Positions 59,370-64,000 of a DNA stretch of 64,000 nucleotides are shown here, piece after piece (position 1 is the stretch's first letter; each line of letters starts with the position of its first letter). The notes beneath the pieces were generated by a model. It was not told the origin of the DNA. It was given only the letters and a program-made list of their open reading frames with translations, and did no database searches. A program made the position numbers and the translations under genes. Source of the DNA: a bacterium (GTDB lineage Bacteria > Patescibacteriota > Microgenomatia > Levybacterales > UBA12049); contig JAKALS010000004.1 in NCBI GenBank assembly GCA_021813145.1, forward strand, positions 72,594-136,593, given 5' to 3'.

Positions 59370-60867
59370 TTTAACTGAAAATGAATTACTCGAGATAAAA
59401 AATAAAAGAGTTGTCAGAAGAAACCTTGCAAAAAATAGTCATTTTTGGTTTTTCTCCATTTATCTTAGTCACTATATTAAATTCCCCTTTGCCGCTTTTC
59501 ATCATGAAATGTTTCGTATTACCGAAGATTTACTTCTTCGTTTTGTTGTGCTAGTTGCTTTTAGAGGCTCTGGCAAATCAACCATTATGACTTTGTCTTA
59601 CGTAATTTGGTCAATAGTCGGATTACAAAAGAGAAAATTTGTTCTCATCTTAAGCCAGACACAAAATCAAGCCAAAACACACATGGCAAATATCAAAAGA
59701 GAGTTGGAATCTAATGAATTGTTAAAAGCGGACATCGGGCCATTTGAAGAGATAAGCGATGAATGGGGTTCAAATTCAATTGTTCTTTCAAACTTTGGCG
59801 CAAGGATTACTATTGCCTCAACAGAACAAAGTATTAGAGGGTTAAGACATGGTGAACACAGACCGGATTTAGTTATTTGTGACGATGTAGAAGACTTAAA
59901 TAGCGTTAAAACTAGAGAAGGACGGGATAAAACATTTCAGTGGTTAACAGGAGAAGTTTTACCAATCGGAGACCAGAATACCAAGATTTTAATTATTGGT
60001 AATCTTTTACACGAAGACAGCCTTTTAATGAGACTCAGGCAGGCAATTGAAAATGAAAGAATTAATGGAAGATTTTACTCTTATCCTTTACTCGATGACG
60101 ACGATCAAATTTCTTGGCCCGGGAAATATAAAACATTAAAAGATATCGAAGATTTAAAAAAGTCTATTGCTTCAGATTCGGCTTTCTCAAGAGAATATCT
60201 ATTAAAAATTATTTCTGAGGATGATAGGCTGGTTAGGCCGGAGTGGGTTCAGTATTACGATGTTCTTCCTAACCAAGAAGGAAATAACTTTCGAGAAACA
60301 GCAACTGGAATTGATTTAGCAATCTCTGAAAAAGAGTCAGCGGACTGTACAGCAATGGTTTCAGCAAAAGTTTTTGGTTACGGAGACGATTTAAAAGTGT
60401 ACATACTTCCAGATCCTATAAACGCAAGAATGGATTTCCCCACAACCTTAGAATCGGCCATAACTCTATCAAAAGGGTTAGGAACTTATTATCCGACAAA
60501 ACTATACATAGAAGAAGTTGGTTATCAGTCCTCTTTAATACAAAGCTTAGTCAGTAAAAACATTCCGGCCGAGGGAGTAAAGGTAGCAGGTCAAGATAAA
60601 AGGGCAAGACTGGCATTGGTTACGCACATGATTCAACAAGGTAAGGTTTTATTTCCAAGAACCGGTGCTGAACAATTAATTGAACAGCTAACAGGTTTTG
60701 GAATTGAAAAACACGATGATTTAGCAGATGCCTTTGCAATACTTATGTTAAAAATTCTTGAAATGGAAAGCCAAGCGGAACCAAGAATCACTATTTTAGA
60801 AGTTGGAAGTATGTTTGGAGATTCTCCGTTTGATTACAAACCTATCACTATAGATACAATTTTCTAG
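59359..60867 (+). CDS. phage terminase large subunit
   Basis: Walker A FRGSGKS, Walker B LVICDDVE, nuclease GIDLA...HDDLADA. Confidence 0.87.
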   Translation: MIPNLTENELLEIKNKRVVRRNLAKNSHFWFFSIYLSHYIKFPFAAFHHEMFRITEDLLLRFVVLVAFRGSGKSTIMTLSYVIWSIVGLQKRKFVLILSQTQNQAKTHMANIKRELESNELLKADIGPFEEISDEWGSNSIVLSNFGARITIASTEQSIRGLRHGEHRPDLVICDDVEDLNSVKTREGRDKTFQWLTGEVLPIGDQNTKILIIGNLLHEDSLLMRLRQAIENERINGRFYSYPLLDDDDQISWPGKYKTLKDIEDLKKSIASDSAFSREYLLKIISEDDRLVRPEWVQYYDVLPNQEGNNFRETATGIDLAISEKESADCTAMVSAKVFGYGDDLKVYILPDPINARMDFPTTLESAITLSKGLGTYYPTKLYIEEVGYQSSLIQSLVSKNIPAEGVKVAGQDKRARLALVTHMIQQGKVLFPRTGAEQLIEQLTGFGIEKHDDLADAFAILMLKILEMESQAEPRITILEVGSMFGDSPFDYKPITIDTIF

Positions 60868-61073
60868 AATAGGTCAGATAAGGAGACTTTAAGAGCTTTT
60901 GCTATTTTATCAATCGTTTGAACAGGTGGGTTACTAAGACCCCTTTCAATCCTACTAACAGTTGTGTAGTGTAGTCCGACTTTATCAGCCAAATCTTCTT
61001 GGGTCATCTTTTTATCTTTCCTTGCCCTTTTAATCCTTTTTCCTAATTTCTCATTGACTCTATATTTTCTCAT
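60864..61073 (-). CDS. XRE-family HTH regulator
   Basis: TQEDLADKVGLH..VSRIERG..NP; palindrome AGCGTC-A-GACGCT at 61110-61122 upstream. Confidence 0.9.
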   Translation of the reverse strand: MRKYRVNEKLGKRIKRARKDKKMTQEDLADKVGLHYTTVSRIERGLSNPPVQTIDKIAKALKVSLSDLF

Positions 61074-61193
61074 AGTAATAAAGTAATGAATCTAAGAATA
61101 AAAATGTATAGCGTCAGACGCTTTATTTAGCCTTGACTTTATGCTTAAATATAAGTAATATGTCATCAATAGGCACGAAAGGAGGTGATAAGA

Positions 61194-61697
61194 ATGGAAG
61201 AAAAGAAAAAGAATTGGTTTATGCGACATAAAATTATCACTGGGATTTTAGTTTTTATTGTATTAGTTGGCGTATTGGGCGCAGCAGGTAGTAAGTCGGG
61301 AAACTCCGGAAGCAACAATCAATCTAGTTCAGCAAGTAATAGCGCTCCAACGCAAGCAGTCCAACAGCCACCTACGGTTGTTGTTGCAACAGCTCTTGTC
61401 GGAGATTATGATAAAAACAAACTCTCGGCACAAGATAAATATACGGGCAAAACCGTTCAGACAACTGCATACATAGATAATATCAGCGATGATATTACTG
61501 GAAATTACTATTTATCTTTGCATCCAACAAATGACCAGTATTACGCAGGAACAAGTATTTCCTGCTACTTTGCAGATAAATCTGCGAAATCTGAATTAAC
61601 GTCTTTGCAAAACGGTCAATCAGTGACGGTGCAAGGAACAATGGCAGATATGTCGTTAGGGATTGTAGTAATGAACGATTGTAAAGTCGTGAAATAG
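61194..61697 (+). CDS. membrane-anchored OB-fold (tRNA_anti-like) protein
   Basis: KKNWF..HKI.TG TM; YDKNKLSAQDKYTGK...VTVQG; GGAGGTGA SD. Confidence 0.75.
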   Translation: MEEKKKNWFMRHKIITGILVFIVLVGVLGAAGSKSGNSGSNNQSSSASNSAPTQAVQQPPTVVVATALVGDYDKNKLSAQDKYTGKTVQTTAYIDNISDDITGNYYLSLHPTNDQYYAGTSISCYFADKSAKSELTSLQNGQSVTVQGTMADMSLGIVVMNDCKVVK

Positions 61698-61715
61698 GTA
61701 ATAGAATTATTCTAT

Positions 61716-61746
61716 TAAGAAAACCTCTGGGCAAGGGGTTTTCTTA
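61716..61746. terminator. bidirectional intrinsic terminator
   Basis: TAAGAAAACCTCT-GGGCA-AGGGGTTTTCTTA. Confidence 0.7.
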
Positions 61747-61800
61747 TGTCTTCTACTGGACTTCCTCTCTTTTCTGCGGTACTGTTGACCTATAAATAGG

Positions 61801-63087
61801 ATGAGTATAAATAGTATCCAAAACAATGAGAATATCCTGTATTGTCTGTATGCTCGAAAATCTACAGAAGATGACGAAAGACAAGCTATGTCGATAGACT
61901 CCCAGATCAAAGAAATGACAGAAATGGCATTAAAAGAAGGAATAATTATTAAAGAAATTCGTCAGGAAAAACACTCTGCAAAGCTTTCAGGACAAAGACC
62001 AATATTTAACTCCCTTCTCCAAGACATACGAAACGGAGTATTTACTGGAATCCTTACTTGGGCACCAGACAGATTAAGTAGAAATGCCGGGGATTTAGGA
62101 ATGTTGGTAGATTTAATGGATCAAGAGAAATTACAAAAGATTAAAACGTATTCTCAAACATTTTCCAATAATCCTAATGAAAAATTCTTATTGATGATTT
62201 TATGTTCTCAGGCAAAACTTGAAAACGACCAGAAAGGAATAAATGTTAAAAGAGGCATTAGAGCAAAGTGCTCAATGGGATGGCGCCCGGGAATTGCGCC
62301 ACTCGGATACATGAATAGAGCTTTTGGAGGTGTAAAGGATATAATCGTTGATCCAAAGCGAGGACCAGTTGTAAAAGAAATGTTCGAGAGGGTTGCGTAT
62401 AGACAACAAAGTGGAAGAAGAATAAAAGAATGGATGGATAAAATTGGTTTTACCACCAGAAACGAAAAGAAAATACAAATTAGCTTAATCTATCTTATGC
62501 TTCGTAATCCATTTTATTACGGATATTTCGAATACTCAGGGGACTGGCATAAGGGAGCACATGAACCGTTAATTACAAAAGAAGTATTTGATGAGGCACA
62601 AAAAGAGCTAGATGAAAGATGCATTCCAAAAGTCAGAGGCAAAACAGAATTCCCATACAAAGGATTATTTAATTGTTATACTTGCGGAACGTCTGTCTGT
62701 GGGGAGGAAAAATATAGGAAAAAGAAAAATGGATCAACCAATTATCATGTTTATTATCACTGCACAAGATCTAGGAATCCTAACTGTAAGGAACCATATG
62801 TAACTGAAATAGATTTAATAAAGTTAATTAAGCAAAATATCCTTAACCTATCAGAGGAGACATTAAAAGAGAATTTAACATCTAATATTATTGATGAACT
62901 CTATAAATATCAGCCTATTGTTGAGGAAATAGAGTTTTACAAAAGAGATGACATTGAATACGACGGGAAGGTGGATCTGAAAGACATTATTGTTTACGCT
63001 TGCAGCAAATCCCCGATTAAATTTAGAAGAGAATTAATTCAGAGTCTTCCGATTCCTAAAAACCTACACAATCTTCTGCTTATTTAA
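61801..63087 (+). CDS. large serine recombinase (resolvase + recombinase + Zn ribbon)
   Basis: YARKST, DRLSRN, G..PG.APLGY, NPFYYG, HEPLI, CYTCG...YYHC. Confidence 0.92.
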   Translation: MSINSIQNNENILYCLYARKSTEDDERQAMSIDSQIKEMTEMALKEGIIIKEIRQEKHSAKLSGQRPIFNSLLQDIRNGVFTGILTWAPDRLSRNAGDLGMLVDLMDQEKLQKIKTYSQTFSNNPNEKFLLMILCSQAKLENDQKGINVKRGIRAKCSMGWRPGIAPLGYMNRAFGGVKDIIVDPKRGPVVKEMFERVAYRQQSGRRIKEWMDKIGFTTRNEKKIQISLIYLMLRNPFYYGYFEYSGDWHKGAHEPLITKEVFDEAQKELDERCIPKVRGKTEFPYKGLFNCYTCGTSVCGEEKYRKKKNGSTNYHVYYHCTRSRNPNCKEPYVTEIDLIKLIKQNILNLSEETLKENLTSNIIDELYKYQPIVEEIEFYKRDDIEYDGKVDLKDIIVYACSKSPIKFRRELIQSLPIPKNLHNLLLI

Positions 63088-63240
63088 GAATGCAATATGC
63101 TATATGGCCTAAATGGTTCGAATCCGAGAAGTCTGATTAAGTAAATTTTAGCTTCAAAATAGCATTTTGGGGGAGTTAGAACCAAAAAATCTACAGCATG
63201 AGTTATACAAGATTAGCTTACTATCATAATCTAATCTTAA

Positions 63241-63402
63241 GTGGTGCTTTCGTTCGAGCACAGTTCTGCTGGCGAACTTGCCCGTAGGTGGAACCAGATT
63301 TTACCTAGCTTTTTAGCTACCTTTGAGAAACTCAAGAATCTTGGCTTCACCTACTACAATGGCAACGTCTCTGTTATTTTACCAGAAAAGGAGGAAAAAT
63401 GA
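63241..63402 (+). other. 53-codon open frame coupled to the PLD gene; small gene or orphan recombinase C-terminus
   Basis: VVLSFEHSSAGELARRWNQIL...; TGA overlaps the next ATG (ATGA). Confidence 0.3.
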
Positions 63403-63848
63403 ATTCCCTTCTCTCTTCCGGACTTTTTGACGAAAAGACCTTTTATCAAGTCTTTATTCAAGACTTAGAAAACAGTAAAGAGGAAGTGTTTATTGAAAGC
63501 CCGTTTATAACAACAGAACGGACAAAACCCCTTATTCCCCTATTCAATAAATTGCTTGAAAAAGGAGTGAGAATATACGTAATGACAAGAGATCCAAAAG
63601 AACACGAGGAAAAAATGGAATATCAATCAGAAGAAATAATATCCTGTTTTGAAAGACTTGGAATACAGGTTTTACTCTGTATCGGAAATCATCATAGAAA
63701 ACTGGCAATAATTGACAGAAATATTTTATGGGAAGGAAGTCTTAATATTCTTTCCCAAAACAATAGCCGGGAGATAATGAGAAGAATAGAAGGTGAAGAG
63801 TTGTCTTTGGAAATGTTTAATTTCCTTAAGCTTTACAAATTTATTTAA
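63399..63848 (+). CDS. PLD-family (single HKD) nuclease-like protein
   Basis: IESPFIT, HRKLAIID....EGSLN. Confidence 0.85.
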   Translation: MNSLLSSGLFDEKTFYQVFIQDLENSKEEVFIESPFITTERTKPLIPLFNKLLEKGVRIYVMTRDPKEHEEKMEYQSEEIISCFERLGIQVLLCIGNHHRKLAIIDRNILWEGSLNILSQNNSREIMRRIEGEELSLEMFNFLKLYKFI

Positions 63849-63866
63849 CGAATATATACTACGGCT

Positions 63867-64000
63867 ATGAGTTACGAAATAAACGAAAAAGATATTCAAA
63901 GCATTATTAATTTCTTAAAGAAAACCGATCCGGAAAATGCCACTCCTGAAATGGCAATAGCTATTTTGGAACATCTTCAAAAAACTTTTCATTCTTTAAG
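63867..64000 (+). CDS. hypothetical protein, truncated by the window edge
   Basis: MSYEINEKDIQSIINFLKKTDPENATPE...; TATACT 6 nt upstream. Confidence 0.6.
   Translation, partial: MSYEINEKDIQSIINFLKKTDPENATPEMAIAILEHLQKTFHSL

Larger units (their letters stand above)
53921..64000. mobile_element. probable integrative phage-related element carrying CBASS (boundaries approximate)
   Basis: serine recombinase, terminase pair, ParB-methylase, LexA/XRE regulators and defence cargo; att sites not identified. Confidence 0.6.

Noticed and set aside
57646-60867. Complete prophage
   Set aside because: No portal, capsid, tail or lysis genes within the window
63110-63130. tRNA gene at GGTTCGAATCC (also GTTCGAATC near 39898)
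   Set aside because: Only a T-loop-like word; no cloverleaf could be folded

Overview
AT-rich bacterial DNA read with genetic code 11. The gene content (compact gltX and tsaB, archaeal-type aspS, DUF3048/DUF4446 genes, many near-leaderless genes) suggests a CPR/Patescibacteria (Microgenomates-like) chromosome; this assignment is an inference. Bases 1-38.4 kb are core genome: a two-component pair, prfB, ftsEX plus a coiled-coil hydrolase, tsaECB, a nucleotide-sugar/glycosyltransferase cluster, secDF, metK, cca, recJ, aspS, a DacA-type peptidase, gltX, dgkA and tRNA-Gln. From ~38.5 to 53.9 kb is an accessory enzyme island with four parts: (i) an NDK-pseudokinase fusion, B12 radical SAM, Nudix and NMP-kinase-like group; (ii) YbaK and an amino-acid racemase behind a T-box riboswitch with an ultrashort stem I and a Trp specifier; (iii) a tight operon of a degenerate class-Ic aaRS/CDPS-like protein, a metal-ligand-free M28 fold, an archaeal-type TrpRS and an orphan; (iv) a VanX-like dipeptidase, an NSAR/OSBS enzyme and a GNAT. 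From ~53.9 kb to the end is a probable integrative element: a LexA-YjzC-CD-NTase-NucC (CBASS) operon, a ParB-DNA methylase, small and large terminase with no capsid or portal seen, XRE, an OB-fold protein, a large serine recombinase and a PLD nuclease. All family calls come from motif recognition by eye; no searches were run.
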